DNA from: Diploschistes diacapsis
Lineage: Eukaryota
Assembly (NCBI GenBank): GCA_023645945.1
Contig: JALAIB010000044.1
Span: 1 to 41,951, forward strand
Length of the DNA: 41,951 nt
Direction of reading: 5' to 3'
This document shows positions 11,976 through 23,799 of the stretch, piece after piece; position 1 is the first letter of the stretch; each line of letters starts with the position of its first letter. The position numbers were made by a program, and so were the translations under genes. The notes under the pieces are model-generated. The model had not been told where the DNA came from, made no database searches, and saw only the letters and a program-made list of their open reading frames with translations.

Positions 11976-14900
11976 TCACTCCGCGAGGACCTGTCGAAGC
12001 ATGACATTGAATCCATCCGCCAGCTTCGAGATCTCGGTAATCTCAGGCTTGACTGGCTCGCCAGCCGTTCTTCGCAGGTGTGTTGCCTTCTTTGCTCGTC
12101 GTTTGCGCTCCGCTGCTATGGGATCCATATCCTCGTCCGCCGATTCCTCGTCTTCGGATTCGGAGGTGTTGTAGTTGAATTCTTGCAGATCGGACTGGGT
12201 CACAATTAGCACTGTTAGAATGTAGGTTAGATAACAACTCACGTCGTTGAGCCCGAAGTCACTGCCCCTAAAAGTGTTAGCGCCAGGGGCATTCTGCGTT
12301 GGCATCCCACTGATGGTGTCAGCTGCCATCTTCTGTCGTGTCTTGTCTTGATGCCACTTCTTCCGTGCTGACTGCCATTGAATCAGCTCGTTGATCTCGG
12401 AGACAGCCTTGTACTCGTCGATTTGCTTCGACTCTGCGGCACCTTGGAAGAGGGCATTCATGTCCAGTTTTCCGCCAGCTGGCCCCTTTCGCAAAAATTC
12501 AAGGATACCCTCGAGCCAATCCATCAATTGGGCGAACAGACCGTTGTCGTGGATGTGAACCTCATGCACGAACTTGTAGAAGTCATCCTCATGTCGGGCG
12601 CAAAGGTCAATGAAAGCTTGAACCGTCTGATTTGGATCGGCAGACACATCTTGCCGCTGAGCTTTATCTATAACACCTATTGCATCGTCTGCGAAATTGG
12701 AAAAGTCAGTAACGGAGTTGTAGACGTTTGCCGATTTGTAGACTCGTATCAATGGTTCGTAGAAGATGGTGAAAAGATCCCGGAAGAGCCGAAGTGTCAC
12801 GGGTTCCTCAATGACGGAGAGCATCATAACTTTGTCTCGAAGGCGAGTGCTCATCCTAAGATATTGCTTGAGCGACGCAAAGAGCTGCGCGCCTTGCTTC
12901 ATCTCTTCATCGACGTTTTCAACCGCGCTGTTCCATGCAACGTAAGCATTGAAGACCTTGCCAATTTGTACCGGCGTTAGGTCTGGAGCTATCTGGTCGG
13001 ATCGTAAAATGGCTACAACAAGGTCCACATCATCCGCCACAGCTTCGCTTCGTATATAGTTCTTTGTATTTTCGGGAGAGTTGCAGAATATGTTGATCTT
13101 GTTACATAGTACGGGATCGGCAATCTTCGTTGCAAGAGCGTCTACCTGCTTATGAAACGACCTGATGCTGTCATTGATAGCCATGCCAAATACTCTCTGG
13201 GCCAGCGATTTCGATCCAAAAGGTTGCGCCAAAAATAGGTCGAGAACACCACTCATGACCAAGGCAGGATTGGCAAACCGGATGACTTGTTTCAGCGGTG
13301 TATAGGGTAACATGGAATGAATACGCTTGGCCTGCGCAAATAGCTCGGGAGAATTATCTTCTGCGAGAAAAAGGTGGTAAAGGGTAGCCGCAACTCTGCT
13401 GCACGTTAGCGAGAGCTTGAGATAGCGAGTCTGATACTTGCTCTATCCGCAGCCATTCTGCAAACTTCTTGTACTCAACCGCAAGGTCTGCTATCTTGTC
13501 CTTGGCTCGAATCTCCGCGAAAAGCCTTGATAGACCATCTGCGACGCGTTAACATCACACTGGTCAGTCGTCAAGATATACACACTGCTTTCAACGATAT
13601 CTCTCCTAAATTTTTCCATATAGACGTCCAGCTCCGCGGCACGCTGCCTAGCTACCTCATAGAACCGTTTCTGCTCTTCTATCCTCTTATGATCCATCTC
13701 CTTCCGCCTCTCTACATCCAGCATCTCTTCCTGGTTCAAGTTAATGGAAGGGCCGGAGAGGAACTCAGTGATTGCTTTCGAGCTCGCGATCTGCTGATTT
13801 TGTATCAGGTTTCTTAGAAAAGCTCGCAACGAAACTCTCTGATCCTCCCTATACAACACAACCTCCCTTTTCACTTCCGCTGAAGGCCTTGGAGATTGCG
13901 TTCTTGAACTCTTTTCAGAAGTCGAGACCGCCGACGTTGAACGCTTGTGGCTGATCGGCAACGCAAGTTTAACCGGATGGCCGTCCTCTTGAGTTGTAGA
14001 TACAGACGATATGGAAGAAGCATCGTTGTCTTCGCCAGATAGGTTGAAAATACTCATATGCCCATGTTGCTTGGTTTTCCTCGGCAATGGGACCAACGTC
14101 TTCCCGGGGAACTCCATCCGAAGCCTCTTGTGCAGCGCTCTGAAGTCACCGTACCGTCGGCCAATGTACCTATCGGACATGCCACCTTCTTTTACTCTTA
14201 TGATGAATTCGGCATGCTGATGATACCTAACCGTTCGCCTTACCGATGTTGTCCGCACGGCTGCTATATTGAGATCCCAGCCATTGATGTTTTGCCCTTC
14301 AGGCTCGTTCATGACCAAGCCTTGCTGGTTCGCCCCTCGGTCCACTACCTCGAGCTCAGAAAACTTGATTCTTTCCTCGTACCCAGATGCGGTCGGCAAA
14401 CCAGACACCATCATGATCTCCACCAACTTTTGTGCTTTCAAAGCCAGCTTTCTGCGCTTTGTCTCCTCAAGGCGATCCTCTGACGACGAGATATGCTTAT
14501 TCGCAAACAACTCCAGGAACTATGTGACTTTAGCATCCAATTTTATCCACATGAGCCGTGTTCCTAACCACTTGCAGCTTGTCCTGCCAAAATTCTTTTT
14601 CTCTTGCCTGGTCGAGGAATGGGAAGTTGCGGACATGATGGACGAAGATGTACCGTAGAATAGGCAACTCCGAATCGAGGGGGGCGACCTCGCCATAGTC
14701 CGAGCGGAAGGGTGCGCCAAACCTCTGGAGAGCTGTAGGTGAAGCGAGTTCGTTGATTTCATAGCTGACTTGCTGGGATATCAGCTCTCGCTTTAAGTCT
14801 GCAAGTATTGTCAGTGAAATGCCGAGGATGTGTTCAAGATTTCTGACAGTGTTCTTGCTTTCCGGTCAATACAGTCCCAGGCCGAGGCACTGACTGTATC

Positions 14901-15013
14901 GAGGTTTCAACATTAGGCTTAGGGCGTTCTGGGAGAGCTCTGCTCAGTTCGTTGCCGTTTGTATGCGTATCTTGGAGTAGTACCACTGGTAGATTACCAT
15001 TGATTTGAGCCAT
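11976..15013 (-). CDS. PX (Phox) domain protein with PX-associated (PXB) and DUF3818-type regions, yeast YPR097W-like; introns 14799..14847, 14520..14568, 13539..13585, 13396..13441 (GC-AG), 12195..12242
   Basis: Spliced N-terminus LTGKQEHYLKRELISQQV...SPTALQRFGAPF; PX core IGRRYGDFRALHKRLRMEFPGK..LPRK and REDQRVSLRAFLR; C-terminal NVYNSVTDF and DLCARHE. All five introns have branch-like and acceptor signals; four are needed to keep frame and the last is 3n. Confidence 0.9.
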
Positions 15014-16461
15014 GTTTGCTCTCGGACGTGGTGGTTGAAGGTATAGGATGCGGTTTTGTTAATGGAAAGAAAGTCGGATCCCTCATCAGAAGAACCGGAC
15101 AGAAGACATTAGATGGAATTGTTTCCAGCCTCGCGTGTCTTAAGGTTTGCTCCTCTGCTTTACCATTACGCTGTGCTGTACGTGTACAGTACAATCATTG
15201 AAACTTCCATTGCTAACCCCGAGCGGACTATGACGGAGTCGCTGACGGAAATGTTGTGCGGCAGCTCAAAGCCAAGCTTTCTGGTCCCTATCATCCGGGA
15301 TAAGCAATGAATAGATATCAAGCTGATTCTACAATGTCCACTGGCTTGACAATTGCAGTATAGATCTGGAGTATCTACTTCAGACATGCAATTTGACCGC
15401 TCGCCGATAATGCGTTGCTCCGCAGTTCATTGTATGCAGCAATCCACAAAAATTATGATAGCATGAGCTAGGCTACCAGCCATTGCCATAATGGGCACTT
15501 TACAAAAATGAGGATTGAATACCCTTACTCGAGCGAGTCGGACAGATACACTGTTACACGCAATTTGGGAAGTCTACACCAGCATGCACGGACACCGTAA
15601 TATCAGGTAGACATTGTCAGCTGAATCCTTTTGTTTGTACCTGCCACGGGTGAAAAATCCGTCCTCAATTGCAATGTCGTTAATCTTCCGGAAAGACCGA
15701 GGGACGCTTCAAAGCTTTCACTGATATATGGTAATGAGGAGCGTTCTGAGAACACCATAGAGCGTGGCAAGAAACCATCCCAAAGTTTTACCGAAGCTCT
15801 ACCGAACCGCTGGCACTGGGCAGGATTACGGCGTCGAACCGCCATCTCGATTTTGGAGATAGAATCTGTGGAGGCTCATAGCTCCACCCATCGTGGCTAT
15901 GCAAGTATGCTTGCACCTCATCGACGCGGCACAGCCAGACGTGTCTAGAAGTTCATGCAAACAAGGGCTATCCCTCCATGGCACTAATACACATGTCGAA
16001 CGCTTTGGGCTATGGGTCAAAGGGCTGAAAGTGGACGTCTGTACAAATCAAGGGCATATTCGCATAATGCTACGACACGTGGGACGGGTTGACTTAATGG
16101 ATCACAACTTAATGAAAACCAGGGGTTCAAGAAAAATACTTCGTTGTATTCTCGTCCAATGATACGATCTGAGTACATGCAAGAGCCACAAGGAAGCAGT
16201 GGCTGAAGCCGTTCTCTGAGACTGGCATCCATGGCCTGAAACTTACTCAGATTTTGGGACTACCTGGTTGGGGTGCTGACTTTGGCTTGTTAGTTAGCTG
16301 CTGATGGGAGTGCTTCAAGTCTCGAAGTTATCGTCGCGACCCATATGTTTGGGAAGCTAGGAGACAATTGCTACTCAAAGAACCCAACCCTCGAGAGTTC
16401 AGGCGCTGTTACTGTCCTAGCCGAGCGGTGCTGCGCACAATTATGACATTGAAGTATCCCT

Positions 16462-17959
16462 TCAGCGGAATACTACCTCTGCCGGCAGCCGGAAGCTGGC
16501 GCAAAGCATGCGCTTGCTGGGTGCTACATCCCTCACATCGAAGATGTCCAGCTCATTTTGCCCGGGCAGCATCGTGTGTTCCAACCTCCGCGAGAGCTCT
16601 TCGCATATCTCCTTCTTCTGCGATTCGTCGATATTGCTTCTAGAGGAGAAAGCAGAGAAGTAATACACATGAACCATGGGCAACTTGCTGTGTGTGTAAG
16701 GGCTGAATAGATCCTCCTGACCCTTGTACAGCCCTATAAAGGCATCCAGGAAGGCGGTCGCGCTGGCCGGCAGATTCATGACATAGTGATCAAAAGTCTT
16801 CGGCTGGGTGAGGAAAGACCGTGTTGGAGAAGGTTTGGAATGTATTTTCTTCATTGCATACAATTTCCTTCTTGGAGTAGCATCAACCCGGTGATTTTCC
16901 TTAAGGAGATCCCGTGCCGATCTCTTGATGAAATCACGCCCATCTTCATTGAAGGGCGTAACAAACGGACCAGCCTTATTGAGTGTGATAGCGGTGATGA
17001 GGCCATGATAACTGTCAGGGTTCAAGTCATTTGCCCAGACAAATACCTTTTTCTTGCCCGCAGGGATGGCAAATGGGCCGATCCCGGCCATCACGTCGCA
17101 TACAGCCTGGCCTGGTTCGAACTTGGCAACAAGGCGCTCATGCTCCGTACTCAACCTACCGTTCCAGTATACTTTCGAGTAGTCGAATTTGAACTGACAA
17201 TTTTGCTCTCTGACCTCCACTTCAAGGGATGGATCTCCGGCAAGTAGCTCATATTGAAACGTGCGAAATTGGCTTCGAGCTCCTACCGCATCGATTTTGT
17301 TAATAACCGTGCGGACTGCTGGGTTTTTGTCAAGCAGGACTGCAGCTATCATTTGTCTGTGTGGAAGCCATTCTTCACGAAGGTTGAGATGGGCTTCGAT
17401 TTTTCAGCATGAATACATGGGTGCTAAGAGTTCCCTTGATGAACGTACCCACATGTCCTACCATGGTAAACCCCACTGGTATACCGTGAGCCCCTTGGTT
17501 TGCTTCAGGGGGCAGGATGGCGGTTATGATGTCGCCTATGCTCAATTTAGCCTAGCATCAACCCCGGGGAAATCTCAGCTGACTGTAGGCCCAGTCCTCG
17601 TAAGATAGATGCAGGTCATATGGGAAGATCGAGATTCGGCCTTCATCCACAAGAGTTTGTAAAGTTGGGCTCCAGGTATGGGAATCATCGGGGCGAATGT
17701 CAGGCTGTAGAAGCATAGCCTTTTGTCCTCGTTTACTGGCCTGGTCAGATGGAACGGGTCTGATAGCTGATATGCGTTCTACCTCGAGCAGTTCCCGACG
17801 CAGATGCGAACGCAAAGGGCCAATCTGGTTGTCCTCGAAGACACGAGCGGCGGCAAGAGGTACAGACTTTTTGAAGAAGCTGCGGTCAAGGACCTGCATT
17901 GCGCGATTGGTAGGCGGACGGAACATGACTGGTATTTGCGACGTTCCTGCTGTGGACAT
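16462..17959 (-). CDS. TRM5: tRNA (guanine-37-N1)-methyltransferase Trm5; introns 17536..17583 and 17394..17448
   Basis: Motifs GFTMVGHVAHLNLR (after splicing), TVINK, FDYSKVYWNGRLSTEHERL, VCDVMAGIGPFAIP, ANDLNP, HYVMNLP and VRDVAPSKRMLCASF. Confidence 0.95.
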
Positions 17960-18830
17960 GACGGTTTTCTCGCTTCACATTACGTTGAATGTAACACCAA
18001 AATTTAGTGAAGCTGAGTTTGTTCCACTCCACTACCTAATGAAGATGCAAGGTCAAATCATGGCCACTATCGTGCTTGGTTCTTGAACGCTAGATGTTTC
18101 CCATAGTTAAAATCGGCACAATATGCAGCTAATACCAAATGCACTTCATATCCAGCTGGATAGATTTTCGAATGTTATGAAGGTGAACAAAGAAATTGGC
18201 CGCCGGCGTAAAATATCCACAAGATTTGGCTTGAGTGAGTGAAGATTCGATGTATTTCAATTCTGCCGTTCCAGTGAGTAAGGCTGCGATGTAACGCAGC
18301 CGTGAGTGAGTATGACGGAGAAACCAATTGCACCGGCTGACAGGGCTGACAGGGCTGAAAATAGATCTTTAAAAAATTTCAGCAGAGGCTTGGCCAGCTG
18401 TTGCTTCAACATGTTGCAACATCGCCGCAGTTCCAGATCACTGTTGGGCCTATGGTGTTGTGAATACACCAGTCCAGTGCAGAGTAACTTCAATGCTGTG
18501 GCAATCATTGGGTGAGGTATCTGCTTGTACCCAGTTCCTTCATTCTATTACAAGCCTGACACTGGCTCGATGGCAGTCAAGGTAGGCATCGAGTTTCCTA
18601 TAAGAATCCTGCCCCCACAAAAGATGCCATTCCAACGCCTTTTAACCAACGCAACTCTTCCGAGTTGCGCGCTTGCAACAATGTTAGGACGCCGCGTGAT
18701 CTAATTTACTTATACCTTGTTCCCTTGGCATTCAACCTTTTCAACCTTGAACGCGCAAACACCGTTTTTATCCTTCGTATCACGTTAATTCTGCACTATC
18801 TCAAGCGGCCTGCGCTGGGAGCAGGTAGAG

Positions 18831-20830
18831 ATGGCGTTGACCACCAATTTGCGACAAGCAGTGCGGAAATATCTGCCAAAGCATCCAAAGGAGATCCTCG
18901 TGGCAGACGACGATGTCACGCATTTCTCCATCGCTCATCCAAAGACCCTTCCATGGTTCTCTAGTCCTGTAGCCGACGGCGAGCACGCCGGCCACGGACA
19001 TGGTGCACATGGTCCGCACGCAGCTCCAGGCGAAACTCAGCTTGGCCTCGAGTCTCCTGAATCAAACTCTTTGGATGGGAAGGAAGGCACTCGAGTACAC
19101 ACTCACCACCTAAGGGCAGCGGACGGCGAGCCAGAGCTCAAGCGAGCACATGAATCAAGCGTGATCCAGTTGTTCTACGACCTTTTTTTCGTGGCCAACC
19201 TCACGACATTTACTTCCGTTCACGAAATCAACGATCCGGCGAGTATGTGATAAACCCTTTACCATTCCTCTAGCGCATGAGTTAACGTTTCTCAGCACTC
19301 AAATCCTACGTCGGTTTCTTTGGGATTCTATGGTTTACCTGGCTTCAGGTGGCGCTCTTCGATATCCGCTTCGGCGGTGATTCCGTCTTTGAGCGTCTAT
19401 GCAAGGGGCTACAATTTGGTGTTATGACCGGTTTTGCTGTTGTTGGGCCTGCTTATCAAATTGGGTGGGACGACAACAACACCAAGGCTGCCCAAGCATT
19501 AGTTTCCTTCCAGACATTGTCGATAATCCTAATGGTCAGCCGCCTCATTATTTGCGCACAATATGCGGTGGTCATCTTCTGGTTGAGAAAATATAAGAAA
19601 ACATGGGCCCCGCTAGGTCTCCACGTCCTCGTGCTTTTCGTAGCCGCCATGATCTTCTTCGGACTTTACTTCTCCTTTGGCGAAGAGTCAGGCGACAGTT
19701 CACTTATAGCGTGGTACGTTATCATTGGACTCGAGGCCTGCGTCATCCTCCTCATCTCCGCCAAGTACAAATTCTTGAGTTTCCGAAGAACCTGCATTGT
19801 CGAACGCCTGGGTCTTCTCACCCTCATCATTCTCGGTGAAGGCGTGATCGGCCTCTGTGGCTCCATCCAGAGAGTGGGTAGCGATCAACAATTCGGGCCA
19901 GACATTATAGGCATGATCATCTGTGGCGTGGTGATCATCTATGCCCAATGGATGCTCTACTTCGACCAGACGGAGAGCGAACGCGTCGGCACCTTGCGCC
20001 AGCTCATCTGGACCATTCTGCACTTCCCTTACCACGTCTCCATTCTTCTGCTCGTGGAAGGGGTGTCCCAGCTCGCTGTCTGGCGAAAGCTAATCGACTA
20101 CTGGATCATCCTCTACAACCAACTCAACACGTTAGACATGCCAACGAGCGCCGACACCGTCGACGAAGTCGTCCAGAACCTTACCGAGGTGATGAACGAG
20201 TATTTCAACATATTCTCAGAGGGCCTCGCACAGCTTAAGTACACGCCCCCGGACCTCTCACAGAACTACACCATCCTCGCCAACGCTTTCAAGGACTCTT
20301 TCGACGCTGCCAACCGCACGACAGTCAACTACACCTTTACAATTCTCGACCAGATCTCCGACATCTACGGCGCGGGCGCTGTCTTTGCGGCGGAAAGTTT
20401 CGGCGTCGAACCGCCCGAAAATCTAGCAGAGGAAGCCAACACGAGCGAGGAGTATCTGGCGGCGCTGATCCAAAATACCTTCAGCACCGTCTTCATCTAC
20501 ATGTTCGTCTGCGCCGGCCTCTCGCTGATCTTCACGTCGATCATGTTCTTCTTCGGCAAGCGCAACAAGGTCCGCGGCGACTTTCTGAACATCTTCTTCC
20601 GTGTTCTGATGGGCCTCGGCCTGACGCTGGTGGCGAACATGGCGATGAGCAGCGACCCGAATTTTCAGAATGCGTATCAGGTCTATGCCTTTGGTCCCTG
20701 GATATTACCGACGGTGACGCTCGTGTTTGCGGTCGTGGTGGTTGTGGATAATATGCTGATTAATTATGTGCGGCATCTGGTTACGAGTACGGGACAGAGG
20801 GGGAATTATGCCCATGCTAACAGCGTGTAA
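18831..20830 (+). CDS. Low-temperature-requirement A (LtrA)-like multipass membrane protein; intron 19243..19295
   Basis: Motifs QLFYDLFFVANL, LWFTWLQVALFDIRF, ERLGLLTLIILGEGVI and LHFPYH, plus many TM segments. Intron GTATGT...GTTAAC...CTCAG joins the two ORFs in frame. Confidence 0.88.
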
Positions 20831-21432
20831 GATGTGGCGTGCAGGTGGGGGTTGGAGCGTGTTCACTTCTTTGGGGATGCAAGATAGGGATCGGATTAGT
20901 CGCTGCGCTTTACGAAGCTAATGAATATGTTATGCCCGGATCGCAGGAACCAAAAGTCGGTTGTGGATGTGGCTATTTGCTGAAGCTACTATCTGAACTT
21001 CGTACAAGTCTTCGCGCTGGATTACGTTCCGGAAGTAGGTGCTTAGGGGCTTCTATAAACACTCCTGGAGTTGTCTCGATCGGCAGCTTCAGCCTGCTAA
21101 TGCCGAGGAGCCCAGCGTGCAGTAGGAGTTCATGGAAGGCAAGGTCACGAGTATCAAGCAAGAGCAATGGTAGGGACCGTGAGCGCTGCACACGTAGCGA
21201 GACGTCAGGGAAAATCGTGCAAAGAAAAGATTGAAAACCCTCTCAATCGCCGCAGCCACACTACCATAATTTCCCATTCGCTGTACCAGCACATATTGCC
21301 GAGCTCCCCCCTTCACCCAAAAGCCTTCTCGTAGCTCGATAATGCCACTCTGCTGCGTTCACATTGGGTCTTATTCTCCCATAAAGCTTGCAATATGCCA
21401 CAATCACCTTCAAATCCCCACTGACTGTCGCC

Positions 21433-21584
21433 CTAGTTCCCCTTCTTCTCATTCACGTACACGCTGTCCTTGTTGCTACGGGGCGGCATGCTGCGTTCTT
21501 TGCCGTGAAAGTCCCAGTTGTTAAGGTATCCGGTACCGATCTATATTAACCCGCTGGCGTTAGTCCTGATGACACCAATCCTCG

Positions 21585-21627
<43 letters not shown>

Positions 21628-22202
21628 AAACGCTACACTTACGCTGAGATATGTAGCAAAGCTCAACCAGCCCAAATAGGGCACCAAGCACCACCCCGCA
21701 ACCTCATCGACCTGGCCCCACGTGTACGTCAGGTAGCTCACGACGCCGGTCAAGCATACGATATCGACGGAAGCCTCGACGGGGCGCTTGAGGCCAAAGA
21801 ACAGCGGCATCCAGACGAGGTTCATGGCCAGCTGCAGCGTGTACAGGGTGGCGCCGTGTTTCGCCAGGTTGCGGACGGTGGGGTCAAGCGAGGCGCTGCC
21901 CGTGTGCCAGGCGCGGTGGGCGGCGTAGCCCATCAGGCCGTAGAGGGTGGTCCACACGGGGCCGAAGATCCATGGCGGCGGGCGGAGGGGAGGCTGCTTC
22001 AGCGCGAGGTAGGTGCTCTGGGTGTTCTTGGCTTTTGCGGGGTTAGCTGCCAGTTGCGTCGCTGGGGGGCATGTGCCCGGCGCGACTCACGCGAGACAGC
22101 GAAGCCGACGGCGCTGCCGGCGACGACGGGGGTGAGGATGGCGAGGGCGGGGATGGCGAAGAATTGGCTTGGGAGGGTGAGGGAGGAGATGTAGGTTGTC
22201 AT
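21433..22202 (-). CDS. TspO/MBR-family translocator protein; introns 22032..22090 and 21541..21642
   Basis: Spliced product has TYLALKQPPLRPPPWIFGPVWTTLYGLMGYAAHRAW, QLAMNLVWMPLFFG, LVPYLGWLSFATYLS|IGTGYLNNWDF; stop TAG at 21433-21435. Confidence 0.93.
21591..21624. repeat. (CT)17 microsatellite inside TspO intron 2
   Basis: Perfect dinucleotide run read directly; explains the ERERER artefact in the ORF track. Confidence 0.97.
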
Positions 22203-23799
22203 TTTGATGTTGAGACTGAAAGATTTGAATTCAATGGTCGATCTTGTGGAGGTCGGTTTTTGATTGCCAAGCGAAGCGCGGGAGAAAACAGAATTATTAA
22301 TTAACAGAGTGAGTTCCGTGCGAATATAAAGCTTTAGATTAAAATAAATCGAATCCTAGGTTTTTCACGACCCATTATTCTTATACCCTTTCGTCGTGTG
22401 TTTTATTTCTATTTAATAGTGTTGATTCTTAAAAATCGTTATTGTTGATATGGGCTTTCGAACCCTTTTGATTAACACATGGTATTAAAATATTTTAAAC
22501 TTAAGAGAATTATATCAAATATTTCATAATAACGTCCCCTTAAAATCAACCATAACATTCATAAATAAGATGACCAATTAGAAGGGTTTTCATCCTCTTC
22601 AAGGCGTAGGAGACCAGAGGCCATCATCATGCTACTGGAAGGAACTGAATTGCAGAACGTGTGCCATGCGTATCTCATGGTTGATCTTGTGTCAGTCGCA
22701 TTGGCTAATACTACGAACCTTTAAAAAAAGTTGGACCAGGCCAGTCTACCGATGAACGTTGGATGCAATATATATGGAGCAGCGTTGGGAGCCAAACTGA
22801 AAGATTTGGAAAGCACTGGACAAGTATAAACGCGTCTAACTAGGGAAACCCTCTTAATGGCATTGTGCTAAGGAGCTCCTGGAAGCCAGATGATAAATTA
22901 TCAACGAAGCGGAAGGAACCTTCAAAGTAGGTAAGCTTGGTGCTGGTTAACCGTCAGTGTTTTGTCAAATAGTAACGATTGGTTTAGAGCATATTGAAGG
23001 CCTTTAAGTTGTGCCAGGTCTTTGAGATGTGCCAGATAATTCCATTGTCGCAGTCCTCTCGGCAACCATCAACGTTCACGAGCTTCAAGAATCGAATGAG
23101 TGTGGAGCAGAGCAATGGGAACGAGTTTGCTTGCAAGAGCATCTGTGACAAGGTGCCTTGAAGCGCGCGAGATGTTGCTACCAATAACAGGATCTTTGCT
23201 CGGTGAGAATGCCCCTCAACATGGAACCATCCTAATACACGAAGCTGGTTACAGGTAATGAGAAAGGACAGTCAATATGATGTATGGGGCACGCACCGGA
23301 CTACAAAGTACGTAAATACAGTTGCCATAGTGCTTGCATTGCACTGCACGCCGGACGAGCCACATGAACGCTAGAACTAGTTCGAGAATCTGATACGGAC
23401 GAGAAAGCAGCGTCTATTGAACAGTACTAATCGAAGACCCTTACTCCTAAATGATGAGCTGCCATGCTCACCATCAGCCTTCAGAAAGCACGGTTGAATT
23501 TATTCTCCAAGCTTAGGGGCACGGTATGACGAGCAGCACAAGATAGTATTGAAGCGACTTAGGAGAATCGTACTCGTGTTTCATAGACTATGATTCAGAA
23601 GACGAGTCATACGCCTCTCTACCTCCATTACATCCACCTCCGGCCCAACAAAACCACCTTCGAACGATGACTGAGTATTTCAGTTGATCACACCTTCCTT
23701 ATCACTGAAATCCATAAGGCAGTTAGTAAATACTTAGGTCCAATTAGTCACCTGTCTGGATATGAGAAATCTGGCATACTTAGGTTCAACGGTCGGTGT

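Noticed and set aside
15600..16300. Short ORFs between the PX gene and TRM5, possibly a decayed gene
   Set aside because: No recognisable motif or consistent frame, so no call is supportable.
21541..21642. ERERER tail on the TspO ORF
   Set aside because: Translation of an intronic (GA)n microsatellite; the true C-terminus is in the next exon.
22600..23750. Coding-like fragments between TspO and the Pro-rich gene
   Set aside because: Frequent stops in all frames inspected and no family motif.
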